Origin: an uncultured Acidobacteriaceae bacterium
Lineage (GTDB): Bacteria > Acidobacteriota > Terriglobia > Terriglobales > Acidobacteriaceae
DNA: 64,000 bases
Assembly: GCA_963745105.1 (NCBI GenBank)
Contig: CAVUWQ010000022.1
Location: forward strand, 99,366-163,365
Direction of reading: 5' to 3'
Below the pieces are notes generated by a model. It saw only the letters and a program-made list of their open reading frames with translations. It was not told the origin of the DNA and did no database searches. Within the stretch, counting starts at the first letter, position 1, and every line of letters starts with the position of its first letter. Shown piece after piece: positions 8,232 through 16,347 of the stretch. The position numbers and the translations under genes are program-made.

Positions 8232-9038
8232 TCAATTCATCCACCGCCGATCCTTAGGGTCTTTATCCGGATCGACGTACTTCCCATCCTTGTCGAAATG
8301 CACATCGCGATTCTGCTTGCGCATGTACACCTGGAACTTGCGAGCGGCCCGGCGGCGCTTCCAGCGGTAGTACTCGTTGCGCAGCCCGAAATACTTTTCG
8401 CTCGAGCCGGCCAGGAATCCACGCCGCGGCGCAAATTTGATGTAAAGAAATCCAAACAGCGCCCCGCCCAGCTGCGAAAACGCAAATACCCGCTCCGACG
8501 AAAACAGCATCGCCAGCGAGATCAGCATGTACACCGCAACCAGATACTTGGCCTTGATCATCATCGGCAGCGGAAACATCATGAACTGCATGTCCGCATA
8601 GATCACGCCGAACGCGATCAGCAGCCCGAAGATTCCCCCATAGCAGCCCACCAGCACGCCCACAGCCGATGGCATGATCAGGTACAGCCCGATCGCCGCC
8701 AGAGCCGCCCCGATCACCGAGACAAAATAGATCTCCGCCAGCCATCGCGAGCCGTGATTGCCCTCGAGAAAGCTGCCCAGGAACCACAATGACAGCAGCT
8801 CGAAGGCCGTGTTCAGAATGCCCTGATGGATAAAGCTGTACGTCACCAGCTGCCACACGCTGCCATGCAGAACCGACGGCGGATAAAGCGCCGCCCAGGT
8901 CGCAAGCTGATCGGCAAAAGGCCGCGAGGCCACGCCAATAATGAGAAAGGCAAAGAAGATGCCAAGATTCCAAAGGATCAGCTTTCGCGTGAACCCGCGG
9001 AAGTCAGGAAATGCGAGCATACCGGCAGAGCGTGGCAT
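8232..9038 (-). CDS. rhomboid-fold membrane protein, catalytic residues apparently substituted
   Basis: 268 aa. WQLVTYSFIHQGILNTAFELLSLWFLGSFLE aligns by eye with the GlpG TM2 region. The GxSG position reads GCYGG and the AHxxG position reads SQLGG. Basic cytoplasmic tail. Confidence 0.7.
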   Translation of the reverse strand: MPRSAGMLAFPDFRGFTRKLILWNLGIFFAFLIIGVASRPFADQLATWAALYPPSVLHGSVWQLVTYSFIHQGILNTAFELLSLWFLGSFLEGNHGSRWLAEIYFVSVIGAALAAIGLYLIMPSAVGVLVGCYGGIFGLLIAFGVIYADMQFMMFPLPMMIKAKYLVAVYMLISLAMLFSSERVFAFSQLGGALFGFLYIKFAPRRGFLAGSSEKYFGLRNEYYRWKRRRAARKFQVYMRKQNRDVHFDKDGKYVDPDKDPKDRRWMN

Positions 9039-9125
9039 ACGATGCCTCTATTGTCTCAGGCTTCGGCCTCGACTGCACCATGACGGACATTCCGTAGTCG
9101 CCGGAAGTAATTGCCCGTTGCCCTC

Positions 9126-9302
9126 CATCTCGATTCTGAGATGTGGGATTCCACAAATGGCCGGAACCTCAGACCGGCGCTCCCGCGAAATAAGCTCCGT
9201 ATCAGGGCACCGCTTCACCGGGGTTCCTGGCGCGCCGTAATTGGCGCGATGGGGTGGTTAGTCGCGCCGTAATCGCACCCAGCAGAGAAGGGCTTCAGCC
9301 CG
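9126..9302. repeat. cluster of dispersed hairpin repeats (types D, A, B)
   Basis: catctc-gattct-gagatg followed by tgggatt (9126-9150). cgtatcagggcac... (9198-9224) is a degenerate copy of the 30.46/57.15 kb element. gggc-TTCA-gccc at 9290-9301 carries the DedA gene stop codon in its loop. Confidence 0.6.
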
Positions 9303-10308
9303 CGGAATCTTCAACCACGCGTTCTTTCAACGGCGGATGCAGCACAATCCCCAGCCGCGTCAGTTCCGCCTGATGATCGACAAGCTCCGCGCTCAGCGGA
9401 TATCCCAAAGCTTTCCATGCTGCCCGCCCACCCCTCAGCACCAGGATGCGTTCGATCCCCTTCTTTCGCATCACCACCGCCGCGCGCGCGCTCACGAAAC
9501 TGTTTCTCGATCCGCAATACAGCACCACATCGACGTCGTCTGGCATGTCGATATGTTTTCTCAACCGCAGCTCGCGCGGGTCGACGCGTATCGCTCCCGG
9601 AATCGCTTCGATATCCTCCGGATCGTCCTCGAAGCGCAGCAGGTCCAGCAAGCCGATCTTCTCCCCCGCGTCCAGCCTCTCCTTCAACTCCTCGGGCCCG
9701 ATATGCATAGGCCGAAGCGCACGAAACATGCGCAGCAACTGCACCAGCTTCCACGCCAGAACAATCACCAGGGGAACACCTAACACCACGATCAGCACAT
9801 CGGCGACCACCGAAATATAACGCGCCGCCTTGTCCAGCTGGGCCGCGAAGAGGAACCCGAGCCCGATATAGGCTCCCGACCAGAGCGCGGCGCCCCCGCT
9901 GTCATAAAGCAGAAAACGGGCGCGCGAAGCACCCGTCATGCCGGCCAGCGGCGGACAGATACCATCCAGCCCCGGGACAAACTTGGCGATCAGCAATACC
10001 GGCAAGCCCTTCCGGGCGAACTTGGTCTTTGACTGCCGGATGCAGTAGCTGGGATCGGGCGCAAAGGCGCACAAAAGCCGCAGCACCCGCTTGCCGCGCA
10101 GTCGGCCCGCCTCGAACCAGGCCAGGTCGCCTAGCAGGCACCCCAGAATGGACACCGCAAGAATCCCCGCGAAGCTGAGGTGTCCGGAACCCGCCAGCGC
10201 CCCGCCCGACAGCAGAAAAAGAAGCGCCGGCACAGGCAGCGAGAGCTGCCGCGCGAAGACGGACAGGAACAGTATGGGATACGTGGTGTGCAGCAGATAG
10301 TAGTTCAT
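9295..10308 (-). CDS. DedA (VTT/SNARE-associated) membrane domain fused to a C-terminal rhodanese domain
   Basis: 337 aa. N-terminus FARQLSLPVPALLFLLSGGALAG...LLGDLAWFEAGRLRGKR is DedA-like. C-terminus IPGAIRVDPRELR...VVLYCGSRNSFVSARAAVVMRKKG...VLRGGRAAW is rhodanese-like with an active-site Cys loop. Confidence 0.75.
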   Translation of the reverse strand: MNYYLLHTTYPILFLSVFARQLSLPVPALLFLLSGGALAGSGHLSFAGILAVSILGCLLGDLAWFEAGRLRGKRVLRLLCAFAPDPSYCIRQSKTKFARKGLPVLLIAKFVPGLDGICPPLAGMTGASRARFLLYDSGGAALWSGAYIGLGFLFAAQLDKAARYISVVADVLIVVLGVPLVIVLAWKLVQLLRMFRALRPMHIGPEELKERLDAGEKIGLLDLLRFEDDPEDIEAIPGAIRVDPRELRLRKHIDMPDDVDVVLYCGSRNSFVSARAAVVMRKKGIERILVLRGGRAAWKALGYPLSAELVDHQAELTRLGIVLHPPLKERVVEDSAG

Positions 10309-10459
10309 CGCGGAACAAGCCTCGTCTTACGCGCAGCTGCGCCTGGTCAAGGCATCTATCTTAATCTGCGATTCCAGAACATGGCTGCACTTATCAGATA
10401 CTCGGCACTGAAGCGCCGGAGCAATTACCACAGCTAGAATCCCGCTGGCCGCTTCTCAG

Positions 10460-11962
10460 CTACCGCTCCGGCATCGGCACCACCGCAACGCTCCGGTGCC
10501 CCGCCCCATCCACCGCCCGAACCCCGAAAATCACATTGTCTTTCGAAATCGGCAAAGTGATCGTGTGGGTGCCGCCCGTCTGGTCCGGCACCGCAATCGA
10601 CCGCTTCCAGTTGGAAGCAGCCAGTTCCCGCCACACGACTTCGTACCGCGTTCCCGCCGGAGCTCCCGTCCCATCCGTCCAATTCAGGATCGTATTGTTG
10701 TCCAGGTTTTTCACCACCAGATGGACATTCGCCGGAGCAGGAGGCGCAGCCGCCAGCGTAGCCAGCACTGCGGCATTCAACCTCGCCACCCGCGCCACAT
10801 AGTTGAAATCGACGAACTTCAGCAGATCGCCATATTCCACCCCGTTCTCCGTGCGGACATTCTGGTGCTGATGGTTGAAGTCCTCCCGCCATTCCGTGAA
10901 CCGCACCGCCGCAAACCCCTGCTGGTTGAACGAGGAGTGGTCGCCCCCGCGCATAAAGCGGTCGGCGCGGAACTCCATAATCGGCTTGACGACCAGCTCC
11001 TTCCGCAGCGCATGCGTCGAGTACGTCTGGCCCACGTCCGCGATGGCCCGCGCCAGCTCCCGCGACGGTGAATCGCTCTCGTAGCCCAGCCGCAGGATCG
11101 CCCGCTGTTCCTCCGGCGTCGCATTCGCCGGGATATTCTCCGAGAACACCCTCACCAGGGCCTTGTCCTGGAGCGCATCGCCAGGCGTCGTATTGCCACC
11201 CACAATGTCGTTGTTCAGCACCGCTTCCAGCTGCCAGCCCTCGCTCTTGGCCAGCTTTGCCAGGTGCGCGCTGCCATTCAGTCCCTGCTCCTCACCCGCA
11301 ACCGCCGCAAACACCACCGTCGCCGGCAGTTTGAGTTTTGAAAGCGCATGGGCGCAGGCCAGGCTTACCGCCACCCCGCTCGCGTCATCATTGGCTCCCG
11401 GAGCCTCGTCGCGGGTGTTCATAATGTCCGAGTTCCGCGAGTCATAGTGCCCGGTCACCAGCACCATCCTCTTGGCCTGCTCCGGATCGCGGCCACGCAG
11501 AACCGCATAAACATTGCTGATCGTCGTCGGCTGCGTAATGCGCGGATGCGCCCCGGTCTGCGCAGGCTCGATGAAGGTGTCCCTCTTCACCTCCAGGCAT
11601 CCGCCGCATTCCGCCGAATATCGCTTCAGCTCCGATTCGATCCAGTCCGCCGCCGCCGTCACCCCCTGCCCCGCCGGCAAGTCCTTATCCATGCTGGAAA
11701 CCGTGCTCCGGTTATGGAAAGTCACCAGTTTGGCGATTGTCTGCTCCACTTCTGGTGCAGAAATGCGCTGCAGCGCCTCGGCAATCTGTTTGTCGGCAGG
11801 CTCGGCAAGAATCGCTGAACCATTTGCATCCAGATCACGCTTTCCCTCGTCAGAGACAGGAGAAGCGTCTGCTCCAGCCGATAGGATTATCAGCCCGGTC
11901 AGCGCCAGCAGGAGGATGCGAGCGAGAGATATTTGCCGGAGACGCAGCGCGGTACCATTCAT
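10460..11962 (-). CDS. secreted M28-family metallopeptidase with C-terminal FN3-like domain
   Basis: 500 aa with a signal peptide. VLVTGHYDSRNSD, GANDDASGVAVSL and AAVAGEEQGLNGSAHL are M28 zinc-ligand motifs. The C-terminal ~90 aa form a beta-rich FN3-like segment. Confidence 0.8.
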   Translation of the reverse strand: MNGTALRLRQISLARILLLALTGLIILSAGADASPVSDEGKRDLDANGSAILAEPADKQIAEALQRISAPEVEQTIAKLVTFHNRSTVSSMDKDLPAGQGVTAAADWIESELKRYSAECGGCLEVKRDTFIEPAQTGAHPRITQPTTISNVYAVLRGRDPEQAKRMVLVTGHYDSRNSDIMNTRDEAPGANDDASGVAVSLACAHALSKLKLPATVVFAAVAGEEQGLNGSAHLAKLAKSEGWQLEAVLNNDIVGGNTTPGDALQDKALVRVFSENIPANATPEEQRAILRLGYESDSPSRELARAIADVGQTYSTHALRKELVVKPIMEFRADRFMRGGDHSSFNQQGFAAVRFTEWREDFNHQHQNVRTENGVEYGDLLKFVDFNYVARVARLNAAVLATLAAAPPAPANVHLVVKNLDNNTILNWTDGTGAPAGTRYEVVWRELAASNWKRSIAVPDQTGGTHTITLPISKDNVIFGVRAVDGAGHRSVAVVPMPER

Positions 11963-12089
11963 CCAGTAGCTCCGTTGTTTGCGATATGCTGAATTGCTCG
12001 AGGCTTGACGAGCCCCTCGATTCTACTCAAAACTAACCAAGACACTACCGTCACGCGACCTTTGAATTTCATTCCCTTGGAGAATCCAT

Positions 12090-12278
12090 ATGCCTATTTG
12101 CCCCGAATGTGAGACCGCTCTCGATATCGATGAAGATGAAGTCGACGAAGGCGATGTGATCGTCTGCGACGAATGCGGAACCGAGTACGAAGTCGTCACC
12201 ACCGAACCGCTTGAAATTGCCCGGGTGGAAGAAGACTATGAAGATGAAGAAGAAGTGTCTGAGGAAGAAGAGGAGTAA
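12090..12278 (+). CDS. LysW-like zinc-ribbon protein with extended acidic/poly-Glu C-terminus
   Basis: 62 aa. CPEC...(17 aa)...CDEC zinc ribbon, then EVVTTEPLEIARVEEDYEDEEEVSEEEEE, closely resembling the LysW/ArgW amino-group carrier layout. GGAGA sits 5 nt upstream of the ATG. Confidence 0.6.
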   Translation: MPICPECETALDIDEDEVDEGDVIVCDECGTEYEVVTTEPLEIARVEEDYEDEEEVSEEEEE

Positions 12279-12628
12279 TGAAGAAATTTATCGGGGCTTC
12301 GGTCCTGGCTCTTTTGGCCGTCCTGTTCGCCACCGGCTTGGCAGTCGCGCAGTCCCGGGCGCAGAAGGTGCTTGAGGGCAAGGTATTGGGAAGCGGGGAC
12401 GCTCCTTTGCCCAGCGCCATTGTTTATCTGCAGTCGTCGAAGGACAACACCATCCGCACCTTTATCGCCACCCAGGACGGAAGCTACCGCTTCGGGCAGA
12501 TCTCCCCGGACATCGACTACCAAGTGTGGGCCCAGTATAAGAACGTAAAGAGCGGATCGAAAACGCTCAGCTCCTTCGACTCCCGCAAGTTAGTCACCAT
12601 CGACTTCCACATCAAATCCGACAAATAA
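12278..12628 (+). CDS. small secreted carboxypeptidase-regulatory-like (CarboxypepD_reg) domain protein
   Basis: 116 aa. Signal peptide (LALLAVLFATGLAVAQS), then GKVLGSGDAPLPSAIVYLQSSKDNTIRTFIATQDGSYRFGQI. The start overlaps the upstream stop (TAATG). Confidence 0.6.
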   Translation: MKKFIGASVLALLAVLFATGLAVAQSRAQKVLEGKVLGSGDAPLPSAIVYLQSSKDNTIRTFIATQDGSYRFGQISPDIDYQVWAQYKNVKSGSKTLSSFDSRKLVTIDFHIKSDK

Positions 12629-12633
12629 GGTAG

Positions 12634-12800
12634 GTGCGGGCTTAAGCCCGCACACCCCGCAACAAATCGATGGGCCTTCAGGCCCTGAGACCGGGTGCCT
12701 CATCCACCGCGGCATCGTCGCGATGGATGGGACGCAGCGACTAGAAATACTCAACAATGTCATTGCGCCGAAGATGCGTGCCGTTGGACGCGCAGTCCTC
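12634..12800. repeat. composite dispersed repeat (types B, C, E-like, F)
   Basis: gtgcgggc-TTAA-gcccgcac (12634-12653); gggcc-TTCA-ggccc (12672-12685); catccaccgcg...cgcgatggatg (12701-12729); F-type copy at 12758-12800. The segment aligns with 19166-19262, and the F part with 29878-29956. Confidence 0.75.
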
Positions 12801-12811
12801 CCCAGTCCTCC

Positions 12812-15245
12812 TTAGTCCACCCGCAGCGCTCGCATAGGCTCGGTTGCTGCCGCCCGCAGCGCCGGCAGATATGCCGCCAGCAGCCCGGTTATGGCTACCA
12901 CGGCGCACACCGCCGCCAGCACCAGCGGATCGCGTGACGCCGTCCCGTACAACATGGTTTTCATCACCGACGCAAAGCCCAGCGTAGCCACCAGCCCGAT
13001 GGCAATCCCGGACATTAGCAGCAGAGCCGCATCTCGAAGAACCATCCGCAACACCATCGCTCGCTGTGCTCCCAGCGCCAGCCGCACGCCGATCTCGCGC
13101 GTACGCCGCGACACGGAATACATCATCACGCCATAGAGCCCCACCACCGTCAGCAGCAGCGCCAGCCCGGCAAATGCCCCCAGCAGCACCATCGCAAAGC
13201 GCGGCTGCGAAAGCTGCAGGCTCATCAGATCCTGCATGGTGTGCACATCCGTCACAGGAATGTCCTTATCCATATCGGTCACCAGGCGGCGCACCGCCGG
13301 CTCCAGGCTGGCGGGATCGACCGAGGTGCGCACAACGGAATTCAGGCAGCACCAGCCGGAAAGCTGAGTGGAAGGAAGATAGTATCCAGGCCTTTCGTTG
13401 CGCTGAGTCATGGAGCGCTTCATGTCGCCAGCCACTCCCACGATCTCCCGCATCGGCGGACCACCCGGGCGCGAATCGCCCGCCCCCGGTTTCAACTTCT
13501 TTCCGATCGGGTCTTCATTCGGAAAATATTTCTCCGCAAACGCATGGTTGATGATCATCACCTGCGGCGCGTCCAGCGTATCCGCGCGGCTGAAATCGCG
13601 CCCCTTCAGGATCGGAGTCTGCATGGTGCGGAAATAATCCGGCGTAATGAGCGAAAAATCTGCTGAAGGCAGCTGCCCTGGGGGCAGCGGGTGCTCAGGA
13701 TTTTCGAAGCTGACATCCGCATTGTCGTCGGTCATGGGAAGAAACATCGTCCCCGCCGCAGACTGCACGCCGGGCAGCGCCCGCAGCTTCTCGAAATACG
13801 CTTCGTCGAACTGCAGCCGCGTCTTCTCATAGCGGTTATCCGGCGTTTCGAAGCGGAAGGTCAGCAGATGGTCGGGGTGAAATCCGATATCTTCATGCAT
13901 CAGCTTCACGAAGCTGGAGATCAGCAGTCCTGCACCCGCCGTCAGCACAATGCCCAGCGCCACCTGGCCGACAATCACCGCCGAGCGCAGCCGGTCATGG
14001 CCGGACATATCCGAAGTCCCGCCCGTCTTCAGCGTCGAAACCAGGTCCGTCTTCGAGGCCGTGATCGCCGGAACCATCCCGAAGACCAGCCCCGAAATCG
14101 CGGCTGCCGCCAGACCAAATGCCAGCACCTCCAGATTCACTCCCGCGTCCGCCGCGCGCGGCACGCTGTCGCCGATCAGCCGCAGCACCGCCGGCGTACA
14201 CAGGAACGCCAGCATGCATCCGGCAATACCGCCTGCCGCAGACAGCGCCACGCTCTCAATCAGCAGCTGCCGCACAATCCTCGTGCGCGTTGCGCCCAGC
14301 GCCGTGCGCATGGCAATCTCGCGCCGCCGGTCGCGGACCCGCGCCAGCAGCAGGTTGGCGATATTGCCGCAGGCAATCAGCAGCACCAGCGCCACCGCGC
14401 ACAGGATCACCACGATCAGCGTCTTGGTGTCGCCCAGCACCGCATCCAGCTCGCTCTCCACGCGCGCCGAGTTATGCTTGGTATTCGTATTCGGATACTG
14501 CTTGGCAAGCCGCGCAGCGATCGCCTTCATATCCTGGTCGGCCTGGGCCACCGTCACTCCCGGCTTCAGCCGTCCCGTCGCATTCAGGAAGTGCCTGCCG
14601 CGATTGTGGATTCCATCGCCGGTCGGCGCGTCATCCACCGCCATCGTCGTCCAGACGCCCGTCTTCGGCGCCGTAATCGGGAACCGGAAGGTCGCAGGCA
14701 TCACGCCGATCACCGTGAAGGTCTCGCCGCTCAGCTGAATCGTCCGCCCCAGCACGTCTTTGTCCGCGCCAAACTGCGACTCCCACAGCGCATGGCTCAG
14801 CAGCACCACCCGCGTGCCGCGCTTCTCCTCGTCCTTCGTGAAACCCCGCCCCATCTCCGGATTCACACCCAGCATCGGCAGCAGGTCCCAGGAAACAATC
14901 TGCGCAGGCACATGCGTCGCCCGCGCTACGCCGGTCAGCGTGTAGCTCGTTGTCGTGGTAAGAAACCAGATGCTCGAAGCTGTGGTTCTGCGCCCGCCAG
15001 TCCAGAAAATCAGGATAGGAAAGATTGCTCGGCTCCGCATTGCGGTTGTAGAACGACTCGGCCTCAACCAGCCGCTGCGGCTGCATGTAGGGCAGCGGCC
15101 GCAGCAGCACTGCATCCACCACGCTGAAAACCGTAGTGTTGGCTCCGATTCCCAGCGCCAGCGTCACCACCACCACTGCCGTGAACCCGGCCGACTTCCT
15201 CATCTGCCGGATCGCCTGCCGCAGATCCTTCAGCACATTTCCCAT
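12812..15245 (-). pseudogene. MacB/FtsX-type duplicated permease (ADOP-like, no N-terminal prefix), interrupted by a frameshift near 14945-14955
   Basis: The N-terminal part MGNVLKDLRQAIRQMRKSAGFTAVVVVTLALGIGANTTVFSVVDAVLLRPLPY...NHSFEHLVSYHDN lies in the frame of track ORF 14631..15278. The rest (SYTLTGVARATHVPAQIVSWDLLPMLGVNPEMGRGF... to RVD) lies in the frame of 12812..15115. GGGAGG sits 6 nt upstream of the ATG at 15245. Confidence 0.75.
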
Positions 15246-15421
15246 TCCCAGCCTCCCGATAAATCCCCAAAGCCCCAAAGGTTGTTAGGAGAGCAAGAGG
15301 AGCGCCAATACTTCATGGGTTGTGCCGTTCAATTCGAAGGGGTTAGCTGTGCCTGCATCACGCCCGGATGTCCACGGATGTACACCCGTGTTCACAAACA
15401 GACGTGGCGAGTGTGAATGTT

Positions 15422-16108
15422 CTATTCCTGCCGGATATCCAGACTTCCCATCCCCACATTCACTTCAAGCGACCCCGACCCGCTCCCGTTGTAATTCCGG
15501 CTCACCGCAAAATACCCGTTATGCCCGCCCGGCCGGTGGTCGTGCAGCGACCCCATGCCCACGTTCACTTCCATCTTGGAATAGCTCTTGTCGCCATCCA
15601 CCAGCAGCTTCATGTCGCCCATGCCGACATTGATCTCGCGGCTGCCCGCGCCTCCAATAGCATCGAAATCCAGATTGCCTCTGCCCAGGTTGAACTCATC
15701 CGTCGAGCTCGCTCCCATGGGCACAACCAGCGTGACCGTCGCATGAGCGCCCGCCGGGAACTTCAAATGAATGACCCCGTCCTCCGGGTGAATGCGGAAG
15801 ACCTGGATGAAATCCCCAGCCGCATGCCCATCCGGCTGCGCCGCCATCTCGATGTGCAGCGTAAGCTCTTTCGCGTCCGCCTTGCTGCGTACCCGCAGGT
15901 CTCCATGGCAGACGTTGACCTCGAGTTTGCCGTTGCCGGTAAAAGGCCTCACCAGATCGGCCTGGCGTGGCTGAAGCACATCGGTCGGCTTCCGCTCGTA
16001 GTCATGAGCAACCTCCGGACCCGTGCAGTTCGTATCGTCTGCCCGAGCCACGCTCACCGCCATCAGGCAACTGGCCATCAACGCGCCCCACCACAAAGTC
16101 TTCCGCAT
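15422..16108 (-). CDS. secreted beta-strand-repeat protein (toastrack/DUF4097-like)
   Basis: The ATG at 16108 has GGAGGA upstream. Signal peptide MRKTLWWGALMASCLMAVSVARA. Reiterated EINVGMGDMKL / EVNVGMGSLHD / EVNVGMGSLDI strands. Co-oriented with and upstream of the frameshifted permease. Confidence 0.55.
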   Translation of the reverse strand: MRKTLWWGALMASCLMAVSVARADDTNCTGPEVAHDYERKPTDVLQPRQADLVRPFTGNGKLEVNVCHGDLRVRSKADAKELTLHIEMAAQPDGHAAGDFIQVFRIHPEDGVIHLKFPAGAHATVTLVVPMGASSTDEFNLGRGNLDFDAIGGAGSREINVGMGDMKLLVDGDKSYSKMEVNVGMGSLHDHRPGGHNGYFAVSRNYNGSGSGSLEVNVGMGSLDIRQE

Positions 16109-16242
16109 AGACACTCCTCCGCAATGCGGATACGAAACCACGAAACAGCAAGTTCCCGGCATGGCTGCATATTGGCGGGAAGGCTGGAATCCTTTCTACA
16201 CCCTGAGCCTCATTTCCAACCGCCAGCTTTACAACTCTCCTA

Positions 16243-16292
16243 TTGACTTCCTATATGAGCGCTTTTTAAACTCCTATCGTCATTCGATAGGA
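16243..16292 (+). promoter_or_regulatory. candidate promoter plus hairpin/operator upstream of the permease at 16348
   Basis: TTGACT (16243-16248), 18-nt spacer, TAAACT (16267-16272). This overlaps the perfect 8-bp inverted repeat tcctatcg-tcatt-cgatagga (16272-16292). Confidence 0.25.
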
Positions 16293-16347
16293 AGAATCGC
16301 CAGAAAGAAACCAGGCACGTCATTGCAGAACGTTAATAGGAGGCTGC

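Noticed and set aside
8104-8370. 88-aa ORF with pentapeptide-like periodicity (LADRT/LAGRH/LADRF)
   Set aside because: The periodicity comes from translating the 15-nt DNA repeat. The ORF then runs antisense into the rhomboid-like gene and has no ribosome-binding site.
12090-12278. Evidence for a LysW-dependent lysine/arginine biosynthesis cluster
   Set aside because: Only the carrier-like gene is present. No ATP-grasp ligase, kinase, reductase, aminotransferase or deacylase gene lies within the window, so no pathway call is justified.
12634-12653. Canonical rho-independent terminator after 12278..12628
   Set aside because: The GC hairpin gtgcgggc-TTAA-gcccgcac is not followed by a T-tract. 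It belongs to the dispersed repeat family, so it is listed as a repeat, although it may still stop transcription.
14631-15115. Programmed ribosomal frameshift in the permease gene
   Set aside because: There is no slippery heptamer and no downstream stimulatory structure at the junction (gacaacgagctacacg). A mutation or assembly error is the simpler explanation.
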